Source: Bdellovibrionales bacterium
Lineage (GTDB): Bacteria; Bdellovibrionota; Bdellovibrionia; Bdellovibrionales; UBA1609
DNA: 64,000 bases
Direction of reading: 5' to 3'
NCBI GenBank assembly: GCA_965199825.1
Contig: OZ241329.1
Coordinates: forward strand, 1,696,001 to 1,760,000
Position numbers and translations under genes: made by a program. How positions within the stretch are numbered: the stretch's first letter is position 1; each line of letters begins with the position of its first letter. The notes beneath the pieces were generated by a model, which worked only from the letters and a program-made list of their open reading frames with translations, did not search any database and was not told the origin of the DNA. This document shows, piece by piece, positions 19,746 to 30,211 of this stretch.

Positions 19746-19774
19746 TTGCATAGTGAGTTTAAAAATTGAAAACT
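19746..19774 (+). promoter_or_regulatory. Putative sigma70-type promoter of the gliding operon (probably leaderless)
   Basis: TTGCAT-N17-AAAACT, 7 nt before GTG 19782, with no SD. Confidence 0.45.
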
Positions 19775-19781
19775 ATTCCTT

Positions 19782-20510
19782 GTGAGAACGGCACAACGAA
19801 TAATTCTTGTCTTTTTTAGTATTTTTGTTCTTCCGATTTTTGGAGAAACGATCGAGTTTCCTGAGGAAGAATTAGCCACAGAAACGGTGTTGCCGGTTTT
19901 TGATCGGGTTGAAGCGGTCAAAAATCGTAATGTTCAGTTGGCAAAACGTTTTGAATTGGGCGGCGGCATCGGGCTCACGATGAATGAGCCCTACTACAAC
20001 CAACTCAATTTTGGTTTAAACGGAACCTATCATTTTACCGAAACCCACGCGCTCAATCTGATTGGCCAGTTTTATTTGGACGGCTTGTCAAATTACGGAA
20101 CCGATCTCAAGGCGGGTAAGGGTTTATCAAGTGGCGACACTTTTGATCCAAGCCTTGCACCCCATCCCACTTATATGCTGTTGGCCAATTATCAATTTAC
20201 TGCCTACTACGGCAAAATTAGTCTCACTCGCCAAACCGTGATGAACCTGACCTTGTTTGGTTTAGCCGGTTTAGGATATGTGGGGATGAAGGGCGTAGGC
20301 TCGCCCGCATTGAATGTCGGATTCGGTCAGAACTTTTATTTTTCGAATCGATTAGCTCTTCGTTTGGATTTGCGCATGGATATTTTCCAAGCGCCAGATC
20401 CCACTACACAAAAATTAAATGCGGGCACTCAGGCTCCTTCGCCCACAAGTTTTGGAAAGATGCTTTACTTTAACTCGATGCTCACGGCTGGGCTGGTCTT
20501 AGTACTTTAA
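19782..20510 (+). CDS. Outer-membrane beta-barrel, GltA/GltB/GltH-like
   Basis: Signal peptide; AVKNR..LAKRFELG, NEPYY, YHFTE, AYYGKISL, LALRLDLR. First gene of the gliding cluster. Confidence 0.8.
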   Translation: MRTAQRIILVFFSIFVLPIFGETIEFPEEELATETVLPVFDRVEAVKNRNVQLAKRFELGGGIGLTMNEPYYNQLNFGLNGTYHFTETHALNLIGQFYLDGLSNYGTDLKAGKGLSSGDTFDPSLAPHPTYMLLANYQFTAYYGKISLTRQTVMNLTLFGLAGLGYVGMKGVGSPALNVGFGQNFYFSNRLALRLDLRMDIFQAPDPTTQKLNAGTQAPSPTSFGKMLYFNSMLTAGLVLVL

Positions 20511-20519
20511 AAGGATGTT

Positions 20520-21311
20520 GTGAAATTGGTTGGACTCTTAATTTTATCGCTGGTGATGCCTTTAGCGACAGCTCAAGAGGAGACGTCGTCGACCGACAAA
20601 GAGATTGAACAACTCTATGACAAATTCGATCGCGATCAATCTGCCAAACAAAAAAAAGAAGTTGTTGAGCGTAAAGGAAAGCAAAAAGCAAAACCAGATG
20701 CGGTGAAATTAACCGATCTTGGAACGCTTGCTCCCTTTGAAGATATCGCGGTGATCGAGAGAAAGTTTTTGCCAAAGACAGGCCGATTTGAAGTTACCGG
20801 GCTTGGGTTAACGGGACTAAATAATCCTTTTTTTAATAATCTCGGTTTGGCTGTTCAACTCGCCTATTTTTTTAGAGAAAAATATGGTGTCGAAGCCATG
20901 TACTATTATGTGTCGAGCACTCAGCGTGATGCCACAAAAAATCTATTTGGCAATCGGCAGGTGATTACGAATTCTTTGGTCACTCCCAAAGGCTATCTGG
21001 GAGCGGCTTTCAAATGGAATCCTGTTTATGGCAAAGTTGCATTTTTGAATCATAGAATTATTCCATTTGATCTTAATTTTAGTTTGGGAGGTGGAACAAC
21101 CCAAACCGATTCGGGAAGTTCTCCAACCATCCATGTGGGAACAAGCCAAAATTTTGCAATTTCAAAACGCCTAGCTTTGCGATGGGATTTGGCTTGGAAC
21201 TTTTATCAAACAAAGTCGACCGTTGTGAATGCTCCCAGTCAAGGAACTCAAATTGATCTTTTTCTTGGGCTGGGTGTGAGCTTCTTTTTTCCGGAGGCCA
21301 CTTACCGATGA
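20520..21311 (+). CDS. Outer-membrane beta-barrel, GltA/GltB/GltH-like
   Basis: Signal peptide; VIERKFLPKTGRFE, NNPFF, WNPVYGKV, LALRWD, GVSFFFP. Paralog of the preceding gene. Confidence 0.8.
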   Translation: MKLVGLLILSLVMPLATAQEETSSTDKEIEQLYDKFDRDQSAKQKKEVVERKGKQKAKPDAVKLTDLGTLAPFEDIAVIERKFLPKTGRFEVTGLGLTGLNNPFFNNLGLAVQLAYFFREKYGVEAMYYYVSSTQRDATKNLFGNRQVITNSLVTPKGYLGAAFKWNPVYGKVAFLNHRIIPFDLNFSLGGGTTQTDSGSSPTIHVGTSQNFAISKRLALRWDLAWNFYQTKSTVVNAPSQGTQIDLFLGLGVSFFFPEATYR

Positions 21312-22870
21312 TCCTACTTATTATTTTAAACTTATTCAGTTTACCTAGTTTTGCCGAAGAGGCAGATCAAAAAAGAACTCCGGCTCAAGCCATTTCGATT
21401 TCGACACGCGAAAACAAAGGCGATCTTGATCGCACGCTCGCTCTTGCCCGTGCGGGAAAATACAAAGAAGCCTCGATGCAGCTGTTTCAGCTGAGCTATA
21501 GTCCGCGCTACGCGAATCGCCGCATGCAGATCAAATATTTATTGGGTCTTATGCTGTATTCGATGAAGCTCAATCAAGTTTCGGCTTTTCAATTTATTAG
21601 TGTGGTCAAAGAGGGCAATAATAAATTTTTAAAACAAAGTTTAGAAAAGCTCTCGCTTGCGGCAGACACTTTGGGCGACGACACTCTTTTGAATTATGCC
21701 ATTTCTCGAATCAATATTGATGAATTTCCAAAAGCCAATCGCGATATGGTTTTTTATCGTATTGGTGAATTCCAGATGCGAAATGGTCAGTTTAATGAGG
21801 CCGCAAAAACTTTTGCCAAAGTAACGCCGGAGAGCACTTATTTTTCTAAAACAAAATATCTCGAAGGGCTCAGCTATGCCGAAGCTAAAAATCCGGCTCA
21901 AGCGATTTCTAGTTTTGATCAGTTGATTGATAGTCGTGCTCAGAAAAGTGTGACCGACTCTTCAAAAGTGGCTGCCGAAATGGGTAAGGCGCGAGCCCTT
22001 TATCAAAAAAAGGATTGGGATGCAGCAATCGAGGCCTATCGTGAGATTCCCCGCGACACTTTGTTTTGGCATGACACTCTATTTGAAAGTAGCTGGGCGA
22101 TGTTGCGCTCGGGTCAGTTTCGCTCGGCAATCAGTAATTTTCAGTCGCTTCATTCGAGCTATTATGAAGACACTTATTTGCCTGAGTCTTTGTTACTTCG
22201 AGCTATCGTTTATCTTTATATTTGCAAATTTGACGAGATGGAAAAGGTCTTGGATCTTTACAGCAAGATCTATAAACCGGTATATCGCGACATCGAAAAA
22301 GTTTTTGCCCAGAACTCCGACCCGCTTAATTATTTTAACGAGGTCGCACGAGCGATTCATGATTATAATTTAAAAGGGGATGAAATTGATAAGACAGCTT
22401 ATCATCTTCCATTCTTAGTCATTCGCAAAGTCTCGCGCGAGGCTGATTTTAGAAATTCCTACGCTTACATCAAAAAATTAATTGCCGAACAAAAGCTCAT
22501 CAATTCGATGTCGAAAGATTGGCGTGTGTCGAGCATCGGCAAGTACTCTTTAAAAGTGGTTCAAACTCGGCTGCAAAAAGCGCGGGTGCGTGCGGGCCAA
22601 CAAATCAAAGCCCATCTTGAAGAGGTGCGCGAAGAGCTTGTCGATCTTTTTGAGCAAGAGGGATTTATCCGTTACGAAATGATCAATGGCAAAAAAGAAT
22701 CTTTAAAGAAAAGAATCGCTGGCAAAGAATTACCCACCGAAGCGGTTAAAGAAAACAAATATCGCGATTTCTCGGTCCAAAACGGCTGGGAATTTTGGCC
22801 CTTTCGCGGAGAATATTGGCTTTCAGAATTAGGAAATTACCACTATGTGGGCACACAAAGCTGTGAATAA
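21308..22870 (+). CDS. gltC: Gliding motility TPR protein GltC-like
   Basis: TPR repeats; LFESSWA, PESLLLRAIVYLYIC; C-terminal WPFRGEYWLSELGNY...C typical of GltC. Operon context agrees. Confidence 0.8.
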   Translation: MILLIILNLFSLPSFAEEADQKRTPAQAISISTRENKGDLDRTLALARAGKYKEASMQLFQLSYSPRYANRRMQIKYLLGLMLYSMKLNQVSAFQFISVVKEGNNKFLKQSLEKLSLAADTLGDDTLLNYAISRINIDEFPKANRDMVFYRIGEFQMRNGQFNEAAKTFAKVTPESTYFSKTKYLEGLSYAEAKNPAQAISSFDQLIDSRAQKSVTDSSKVAAEMGKARALYQKKDWDAAIEAYREIPRDTLFWHDTLFESSWAMLRSGQFRSAISNFQSLHSSYYEDTYLPESLLLRAIVYLYICKFDEMEKVLDLYSKIYKPVYRDIEKVFAQNSDPLNYFNEVARAIHDYNLKGDEIDKTAYHLPFLVIRKVSREADFRNSYAYIKKLIAEQKLINSMSKDWRVSSIGKYSLKVVQTRLQKARVRAGQQIKAHLEEVREELVDLFEQEGFIRYEMINGKKESLKKRIAGKELPTEAVKENKYRDFSVQNGWEFWPFRGEYWLSELGNYHYVGTQSCE

Positions 22871-25800
22871 AAATTTAGCTCTCATTGCACTGTTGTTGAT
22901 CGCGCCAAAAGCTTTTGCAAAAAAGACGGTAGGCGAAGTTTTGCAATCGATCGAGCGCCAAAAAAATAAGGTGAGCATTCCTGCCGAGCAGCCCCAACAA
23001 GTGCCTGCTTCGAGAGTCAATCTTCAAGCGGTAAAGCCTCCATCTAAATCGACTTTGTATTATGAAGAGGGCTCAGACGAAGGCCAACTTGACCGCGTTA
23101 CCGATCAGGGGATTCGTCAGCTCTATAAGTTGACCCAACAATTTCGAACGAGCAAACGGCGGGGCGAGTTGTGGTTGCGACTTGCTGAGCTTTATGTCGA
23201 AAAGTCTCATTTGCTGGAGTATCGAGCTCAATCCAAATTCGATCAGCAGCTCAAGGCCTATCAAGACAATCAATCCAAAGTTAAGCCTAAGATTAATCTA
23301 AAAAATGCTCAAGACTACAACCGTAAGGCGATTCAACTTTACGAATGGTTTTTGCGCGACTTTCCGCAAGATCCTAAAGTGGATCAGGCTTTGTTTTTTC
23401 TCGGCTACAATTACTTTGAGCTTAAAGATCCCGAAAAAGGAAAGCGCTACTACGAAAAACTCTCGCGCGAACATCCTGACTCACCTTATGTGGACGAGTC
23501 GAATTTTGCTCTTGGAGAATTTTATTTCGATAACGAGCAATGGAAAAATTCGCTCGAGTATTATGAAAAGGTCACCAGGAATCGACGCGGACGACTTTAC
23601 TCCTTTGCCCTTTATAAATCGGCTTGGTCACTTTACAAAATGGGTCAAACTGTAAAGGCCTTAGGAAATCTTGAAATGGTCATTCGCGCAGGGCGAGGAT
23701 CAAAAGATGATCAAGATAATGCAAGCTCGGGTGCCAATCGAATCCGACTCGCCTCTGAAGCCATTCGCGATCTTGTGATATTTTATGCCGAAGCAGGAAG
23801 TTACAAAGAGGCGCGCTCTTATTTTGAAAAAGTGGCGGGCGAAAAAAATGCGCTCTCGCTCACCGAAAAACTTGGCTATTACTACTCAGATATCGGCAAC
23901 AAAGAGGGTGCGCGATATATTTTCAATGAACTGATTGATGATAAACCCAATGCAGCCAAAGCCTACGATTACCAATATCAAATCGTAACGATGTACGGAG
24001 CAGGCGGAGCAAATCCTCAATACCGCAAGGAGCTCTACAATTGGATTCAAAATTATGGACCTGAGAGTTCATGGGCAAAAGCCAATGCAAGCAATCACGA
24101 GTTGATCGCTAAATCTCAGGCTCTGATGGAATCTTCGCTCAGAAATAATATTATGCGCGAGCATCAAACCGCACAAAATTCGCATTCACCCCCTTCGCAG
24201 CAACGGGCCAAGGAAGGTTACAATCTTTATTTTGATACATTTAGCAAAAGCCCGCGACTTGATGAGATGCACTTTTTTTATGGCGAATTGCTTTATGACT
24301 TAAAAGATTTTGAAAATGCATCGGCGCAATACCTATGGGTGACCGACAATGCGCCAAAGAGTAAATATTTTGAAAAATCGATCGTGAATTCGATTTTAAG
24401 TCTCGAAAAGAAAATGCCGAAGGCCGACGAAGTTAAAAAACTTGTTGGCGATACGACAGAGCCCGTCGAATTTACCGACACCATTAAATCCTTTGAAAAA
24501 ACAGCTCTCCGGTATTTTCAGGTGATCAAAAAAGGCGAAGACACGGTTGCAATTAAATATCGTTTAGCTTCGCTGTATTATTATTTTAACCAATTTGATC
24601 AGGCGATCCCGTTGTTTAAAGAGATCATCCGGGATTATCCAAAATCGCAATACGCTGAATTTTCGGCCAACTTACTTCTGGATACTTACAATCTTAAAAA
24701 AGATTTTCCTGGTTTAGAGCTTGCGGCCCAAGACCTTTTAAAAGTTCCAGAAATGCGCAACGGCAAAGTCGGCGATCAAATCCGAAGTATTCTTCAGCGC
24801 ACTTCATTCAAAAAAGCTCAAGAGCTTGAAAAGGGATCGGATTTCTTAAAGAGTGCTCAAACTTACGAAGAATTCGGCCGCAAAAATCCCACCACCGATT
24901 TAGGCGGCTCAGCCTTTTATAATGCAGGCATCAATTATGAAAAAGGGGGCAATCTCGATAAGGCTGCAGAAATGTATGCTGTCGTTGTCTCGACTACTGC
25001 ACCTATTGGGGCTGATCTTAAAAAAAATGCTTCTAAATTTATGGCGGGTCTTTACGAAAAAACCGGTCAATATGCTAAAGCTGCCGATGCATTCGAGCGC
25101 TATGCCACCGACAATCCCAAAGACAAAGAGGCTATCGATTTTTATTTTAATGCGGCAATCATTCGCGATGGGATGAATAATCATTCGGCGGCATTAAAAA
25201 ACTATCAAAAATATTTTGATCTGAGTCGCAAAGCCGATCGTACTGAGGCTTTGTTTTTAATGGCCAAAATTGCGGAGCGCAAAAAAAGTTTTTCGCAAAG
25301 TATTGCCTACTATAAACAGTATTTAGAGATGAACCCACGCAACGCCGATGAACTCATTGAAGCCGATTTTATGGTGGCCTCTTTAAGCGAAAAACTCAAC
25401 CGCATCAAAGATTCAGAAGAGTATTACGCCAAAACCATTTCGGCACAGCGCCGGTTGGCCCAAAAAAATAATAATGATGTGGGTGCAAGCTTTGCGGCTG
25501 AGGCGAGGTTCAAACAAGTTCATCGCACTTATGATGCTTTAAGAGCAATTCGGATTTCTCAAGGACCTAAACAAGGTCAGTCTGTTCAAGAGAAACTAGG
25601 ATTGCTCAACCGATTAAAAGAGGAACTTAAATCGGTGATCAAATATGATGATGGCTATCAGATTGTTGCGGCCTTAACCATGATGGGCCAAGCCTATCAA
25701 CATATGGCTGCGAGTCTTTATAATGCGCCCACTCCGCGTGGACTTGAAGGCGACGATCTTAAGACATACCGCGAGGGGATTGATAAGATCGCAAAACCTT

Positions 25801-26663
25801 TTGCTGATGAGGCCAAAAATAATTACTCGCTCGCCATCGAAAAAGGCCAAAAGCTTGAGAGTTACAATGAGTCGACCAAAATTGCGATGCGTGAGCTGAG
25901 CGTTTTATCACCAGAGAAGTTTCATGATTTTAATGAGCAAGCCCTTTTAACCCGTTTGCCAGATCCTTTAACCGCAAACGATGATGTGTCAAAAGCGATT
26001 GAGTCACAAAAATCGGAAGAGGGGATCATTCGCGCGAGCAGTAAGGCTTTGGGTAGCAATCCCTCACATCTTTATGCCTTAAATAGCCTCGCCCTTTTTT
26101 ACTTTCGTGATCAAAAATTTGGATTGGCCATGATTATTTTAAATCGGGCAATCAAGGACCATCCCGATGAGCCCGCATTATTTAATAATTTAGGTATTGT
26201 CCATTTAAGCGAAACCAATCCGCGCAAAGCTTTGCCAAATTTTAAAAAATCTCTTGAGATCAAGCCGGATTACAAAATTGCGGCGACAAATTTGGCGAGC
26301 ATTTATCTCGAATACCACGACTATAGTAAGGCGGTTGTGCCGCTCGAAGCAGGTTATAAGGCGACACGGGCAGATCTTAAAAAAAATCAGCAAGACGCAG
26401 TGGCAGTTGCCAATAACTATGCGTTAGCGTTGAGTGGTGAAGGTGAGCATAAAAAAGCAAAAGATATTTATCGCGAGATTTTAGAAAACAATGCGAGAAA
26501 TTCTACTGTTCTGCTGAATTATGCGATACTTTTGATAGAGAAATTAAAAGACAAGAGTGAAGGTAAAAATATTCTCAATAAATTAAAGTTTGTTGCGAAT
26601 GAACCAAATCTCGAACGTCACGCTGATGAACTTGGCGAAAAACTTAAAGGACTTCAGGAATGA
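22863..26663 (+). CDS. gltD: Gliding motility TPR protein GltD/AgmU-like, with C-terminal GltE/AglT-like TPR region
   Basis: GTG 22863 gives a signal peptide. LRLAELYVE, DQALFFLGY, ALYKSAW, ANLLLDTYN; many TPRs; lies between gltC and gltF. Confidence 0.8.
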   Translation: MNKNLALIALLLIAPKAFAKKTVGEVLQSIERQKNKVSIPAEQPQQVPASRVNLQAVKPPSKSTLYYEEGSDEGQLDRVTDQGIRQLYKLTQQFRTSKRRGELWLRLAELYVEKSHLLEYRAQSKFDQQLKAYQDNQSKVKPKINLKNAQDYNRKAIQLYEWFLRDFPQDPKVDQALFFLGYNYFELKDPEKGKRYYEKLSREHPDSPYVDESNFALGEFYFDNEQWKNSLEYYEKVTRNRRGRLYSFALYKSAWSLYKMGQTVKALGNLEMVIRAGRGSKDDQDNASSGANRIRLASEAIRDLVIFYAEAGSYKEARSYFEKVAGEKNALSLTEKLGYYYSDIGNKEGARYIFNELIDDKPNAAKAYDYQYQIVTMYGAGGANPQYRKELYNWIQNYGPESSWAKANASNHELIAKSQALMESSLRNNIMREHQTAQNSHSPPSQQRAKEGYNLYFDTFSKSPRLDEMHFFYGELLYDLKDFENASAQYLWVTDNAPKSKYFEKSIVNSILSLEKKMPKADEVKKLVGDTTEPVEFTDTIKSFEKTALRYFQVIKKGEDTVAIKYRLASLYYYFNQFDQAIPLFKEIIRDYPKSQYAEFSANLLLDTYNLKKDFPGLELAAQDLLKVPEMRNGKVGDQIRSILQRTSFKKAQELEKGSDFLKSAQTYEEFGRKNPTTDLGGSAFYNAGINYEKGGNLDKAAEMYAVVVSTTAPIGADLKKNASKFMAGLYEKTGQYAKAADAFERYATDNPKDKEAIDFYFNAAIIRDGMNNHSAALKNYQKYFDLSRKADRTEALFLMAKIAERKKSFSQSIAYYKQYLEMNPRNADELIEADFMVASLSEKLNRIKDSEEYYAKTISAQRRLAQKNNNDVGASFAAEARFKQVHRTYDALRAIRISQGPKQGQSVQEKLGLLNRLKEELKSVIKYDDGYQIVAALTMMGQAYQHMAASLYNAPTPRGLEGDDLKTYREGIDKIAKPFADEAKNNYSLAIEKGQKLESYNESTKIAMRELSVLSPEKFHDFNEQALLTRLPDPLTANDDVSKAIESQKSEEGIIRASSKALGSNPSHLYALNSLALFYFRDQKFGLAMIILNRAIKDHPDEPALFNNLGIVHLSETNPRKALPNFKKSLEIKPDYKIAATNLASIYLEYHDYSKAVVPLEAGYKATRADLKKNQQDAVAVANNYALALSGEGEHKKAKDIYREILENNARNSTVLLNYAILLIEKLKDKSEGKNILNKLKFVANEPNLERHADELGEKLKGLQE

Positions 26664-26974
26664 AGTTTTTAAAACAAAAGCATGGATTTGCTCTTCTGAT
26701 GATTTCAATCAGTCTGAATGCATTTGCCCAAGAAGATGCGCCACTTCCCGTGGCTCCTAAGCCTCCCGCTGCAACAAACAACAAAGATAAACGCACCCAA
26801 AATATCGACTTTGGAGACGAATTGATTCAAGGGGATGTGAATAAGCCCGAACTTTTTTATTTACTCCAAAAGAAACAATTTAATTTTAAAAGACTTATCA
26901 AATTGCGTGAGGATTTTCTTCCCGAGATGAGGCGAACGTCTGAGGACGTACAGCGCAGTGGGGGTAAGCATTGA
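26660..26974 (+). CDS. gltF: Gliding motility protein GltF/CglF-like
   Basis: Small exported protein with IDFGDELIQGDVNKPE and FKRLIKLREDFLPEM. Confidence 0.75.
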   Translation: MKFLKQKHGFALLMISISLNAFAQEDAPLPVAPKPPAATNNKDKRTQNIDFGDELIQGDVNKPELFYLLQKKQFNFKRLIKLREDFLPEMRRTSEDVQRSGGKH

Positions 26975-28998
26975 AGCAACCGATATTCATTCGTGTATTT
27001 AAAGACGATAAACTTGAAGGCATAAAGCAGTTTCAGTCGCCACAAATTGTGATCGGTGCAAACGCCGAAGCCCAAGTCATTATTGAGGGTAAAACTGTTG
27101 GTCCACTTCATGCGGTGATCGAGATGCGTGACAGTGGTTATTACATTTCTGACTTAGGCTCTGAATCGGGCACCAGAAAAAATGGGCAAGTGATTCTTGA
27201 TGATAAACTCGAATCGGGCGATGAAATTCAGATTGACCAATTTCGTCTGCAATTTTTTATCGGAATCCCTAAGCCTGTGAGCGTTCCTCAACCTGTGAGT
27301 GTTACTCAGCCTGTGAGTGTTCCTCAGACTGTTGCGGCTCCAGAACAACAAGTTGCAACTCCACCACAAAAAATTGAGCCCGCTCCGGAAGTTCAAAGTG
27401 CACCAAAGCAAACAGTTACCGAACCCGTAAAAGAACAAGAGACGCCACAAAAAGTGGTGCATCCTCAAACGGTAAAAAAGGTAAGTGTTCCTTTTAAAGA
27501 TTCACCAAAGACATTTGCTCCACCAAGCGAAATCAAAGATCTCAAACAAATTTTGTCGAGCAGTCGTGGAAAAGTTGTTGAGGTTGTGGTCGCGTGGAAA
27601 GAGCGGATTTTATCAAGCCATCATTTTTCTAGCCGAGGCGAAATTACCATTGGTTCTGATTCTTCGGCTGATATTGCGCTTGGAATTTTGGGTCGCAAAA
27701 CCGCATTTCCGTTGATCAAAATTGGCACAGGGGCAACCATCCGGATCACCGGGCAAATGACTGGTGAATTGTTTAAAGATCAAACCCAATCCACACCGGT
27801 CCATGAACTGATGAAGCAAAATCGGTTGCGGGGTCAGGGAAATATATTTGAGTTGGATCTCAACCAGGGCGAAATCGTCCGGCTGGGTTTTGTTGAAGAT
27901 TTGGTTTCGGTTTACATTCGCTACGTCAACGAAACACCAAAACCAACTGTTGCCCCACTCTTTGATCTTACCGCATCAGAATTTACGGGAGTGTTGCTCG
28001 CATTTATTGTTGCAGGAACCATTGGTCTTTACATGATGGTGTATGCTCCACAAAATCTTCCCGAGGACGAAGCCAAAACCGAAGAAGTGATTCGGATTGC
28101 TACAGTCAAATTTGATCCGCCCAAAAAGCCGCCACATAAAGAAGAAAAAACTCCTGAGCTTCCACCACAGCCCAAACACATGGTGAAGGTGGCAGAAAAG
28201 CAGCAGGCCGCAATGACCCCAAAACCCGCAGCGCAAGCAGCACCCGATCCTGGTAAAGCAGCCGAAGTCGCGCCTAAGGAAACCACCGATAAACAAAAAA
28301 AGTTGACCTCGGCAAAACCAGGCGGAGCGATTAAAACTGCACCCAAAGAGGGTGCAAATATGAAATCTGAAAAAGTGGATCCCACCAAGGTTGGACTCTT
28401 AAGTGTGTTTGGTTCAAAGGGTGCACAAACCAAACTTGATAAAGCCTACTCGGGCAGTGGAGAGCTTCAAGGCCTTGCCGATTCGGCTTCAGGTTATGCG
28501 GGCAGCAACGAAGATCGCAAAGGCGAGGGCTTTGGCACAAAATTAAAAGAGACCGGTGCTGGCGGTAAAGGGACCGCAACTGTTGGTATCGCAGGTGTCG
28601 GCACCAAAGGAAAAGGTGCGGGCAATTTTGGTTACGGTTCGGGTGGCCTCGGCAATAAAGGTAATGTTGGAATTAACCTTGAGGGTCAGGTCAGTGATTT
28701 CAAAGGCACTATGGATCGTGAGGCCATTCGTCGAGTTATTTTAGATAACAAACATACGATTCAAAATTGTTATAATATGCAATTGAACCGCGATGCCGAG
28801 CTTTACGGAAAAGTGACAATAGAATGGACCATCACCGAAGGTGGCCGGGTTAAAAACGCAACCGTAAAAGGCAATACAGTGGCTAATGCTGAAGTTGCAA
28901 ACTGCATCGTTAGAAATTTAAAAAATTGGAAATTTCCTGATCCGCCGCCAGATACGGAAGGACAGGTTTCGTTTCCATTCGTTTTCACGTCACAATAA
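26971..28998 (+). CDS. gltG: Gliding motility protein GltG/PglI (FHA-like, TM, Gly-rich, TonB-C)
   Basis: N-terminal FHA-like domain, Pro-rich linker, TM segment, Gly-rich region, and C-terminal IRRVI...IQNCY...L.GKV...WTI...CIV...WKFP...VSFPFVF. Confidence 0.85.
   Translation: MKQPIFIRVFKDDKLEGIKQFQSPQIVIGANAEAQVIIEGKTVGPLHAVIEMRDSGYYISDLGSESGTRKNGQVILDDKLESGDEIQIDQFRLQFFIGIPKPVSVPQPVSVTQPVSVPQTVAAPEQQVATPPQKIEPAPEVQSAPKQTVTEPVKEQETPQKVVHPQTVKKVSVPFKDSPKTFAPPSEIKDLKQILSSSRGKVVEVVVAWKERILSSHHFSSRGEITIGSDSSADIALGILGRKTAFPLIKIGTGATIRITGQMTGELFKDQTQSTPVHELMKQNRLRGQGNIFELDLNQGEIVRLGFVEDLVSVYIRYVNETPKPTVAPLFDLTASEFTGVLLAFIVAGTIGLYMMVYAPQNLPEDEAKTEEVIRIATVKFDPPKKPPHKEEKTPELPPQPKHMVKVAEKQQAAMTPKPAAQAAPDPGKAAEVAPKETTDKQKKLTSAKPGGAIKTAPKEGANMKSEKVDPTKVGLLSVFGSKGAQTKLDKAYSGSGELQGLADSASGYAGSNEDRKGEGFGTKLKETGAGGKGTATVGIAGVGTKGKGAGNFGYGSGGLGNKGNVGINLEGQVSDFKGTMDREAIRRVILDNKHTIQNCYNMQLNRDAELYGKVTIEWTITEGGRVKNATVKGNTVANAEVANCIVRNLKNWKFPDPPPDTEGQVSFPFVFTSQ
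27274..27327 (+). repeat. 3 x 18-bp in-frame tandem repeat (PVSVPQ/PVSVTQ/PVSVPQ) in the gltG linker
   Basis: cctgtgagcgttcctcaa cctgtgagtgttactcag cctgtgagtgttcctcag. Confidence 0.9.
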
Positions 28999-29015
28999 AG
29001 GGGAGGATTTTAAAA

Positions 29016-29735
29016 GTGGAACCAACAGTACCGTTACAACAAGCAGCGCAGATGGCGCCTCAAGTGGTCGAAGTGGCAAATCGTTGCGCCGGCTATGGAA
29101 ATTTTGTCGCATCTGCATTTTGTAAGGGCGGCTCGATCATGTATTTGATCGCAACCGTGGCTTTACTTGTTTTATTTTTAATCATCGAGCGACTGATGAG
29201 TCTTCAGCGTTTGACTGTAGATAAAGCAAACCTAAACGAAAATCTGTTTAGTATGATTCTTCGTGGGGACATCAAGCAGGCCATCGCATTTTGTGATTCT
29301 CGCCCGGTTCCTTTGACCAACACTTTAAAAGCAGGTCTTGTTCAAGCTTTAAACAAACGCCCAGATGAAGAAGTTCAAGTGGCAATGGATGCAGCAGTTT
29401 TAAGAGAGACTCCGCGTCTCGAGGGTTGGACCGCATTTTTGGCCGTGTTTGGAAACGTCGGCGTACTGATTGGTCTTATGGGAACAATCATAGGTCTGAT
29501 CACATCTTTTGCTGGGGTGTCTGAGGCAGATGCGGCTACTAAAGCGCAGCGACTCTCACAAGGTATCGCAGAAGCGCTGAACTGTACCGCTTTTGGTTTG
29601 TTAGTGGCGATCGTTGCAATTGTGGCTTACGGATTTTTTCAGATTCGTATTGGGCGCGCGATCAACGATATGCTTGAGAGCAGTATGAACATCATGAACT
29701 TGGTCTGTGCAAATCGCGATAAAATGAAAGACTAA
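29016..29735 (+). CDS. aglR: MotA/TolQ/ExbB proton channel, AglR-like
   Basis: GGGAGG RBS; three TM segments; LIGLMGTIIGLI, GIAEALNCTAFGL. Confidence 0.88.
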   Translation: MEPTVPLQQAAQMAPQVVEVANRCAGYGNFVASAFCKGGSIMYLIATVALLVLFLIIERLMSLQRLTVDKANLNENLFSMILRGDIKQAIAFCDSRPVPLTNTLKAGLVQALNKRPDEEVQVAMDAAVLRETPRLEGWTAFLAVFGNVGVLIGLMGTIIGLITSFAGVSEADAATKAQRLSQGIAEALNCTAFGLLVAIVAIVAYGFFQIRIGRAINDMLESSMNIMNLVCANRDKMKD

Positions 29736-29737
29736 AT

Positions 29738-30211
29738 ATGGCGCATATAGATGAAGGTGGTTCAGATGATAGGTCCGTATCAGTCGAGGTAAACCTCGTT
29801 CCGTTTATCGATTTGATGAGCGTCTGTATTATCTTTCTCTTGATCACTGCGGTTTGGACCCAAGTGTCGATGATCCAAATCGGAAGTTCTATTTACGGAA
29901 AAAAATCTTCTGATGAAACTCCCATCCCACCACCCCGAGCAGAAATCCCCTTTAAGCTCGATGTGAAGTCGGATGGGTACACCGTGATCGTTGGCCGTCA
30001 GAATCTTCCGATCCCAAAGATCAACGGGGGTTATGATGATACCCGTTTGCTCGTTGAACTTAAAAAAGTAAAACAAATGTACCCGGAAAAAGGCGACGCT
30101 GTGGTGACAATGCAAGATGCACTTCCCTATGGAGAATTGATTAAGGGAATGGATGCACTTCTCACCGCGGGCTTTCCCGAAATTTCTGTTGCCACAGCAG
30201 GAGCACCCTAA
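29738..30211 (+). CDS. aglQ: ExbD/TolR family, AglQ-like
   Basis: VNLVPFIDLMSVCIIFLLITAVW, retaining the conserved TM Asp. Confidence 0.85.
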   Translation: MAHIDEGGSDDRSVSVEVNLVPFIDLMSVCIIFLLITAVWTQVSMIQIGSSIYGKKSSDETPIPPPRAEIPFKLDVKSDGYTVIVGRQNLPIPKINGGYDDTRLLVELKKVKQMYPEKGDAVVTMQDALPYGELIKGMDALLTAGFPEISVATAGAP

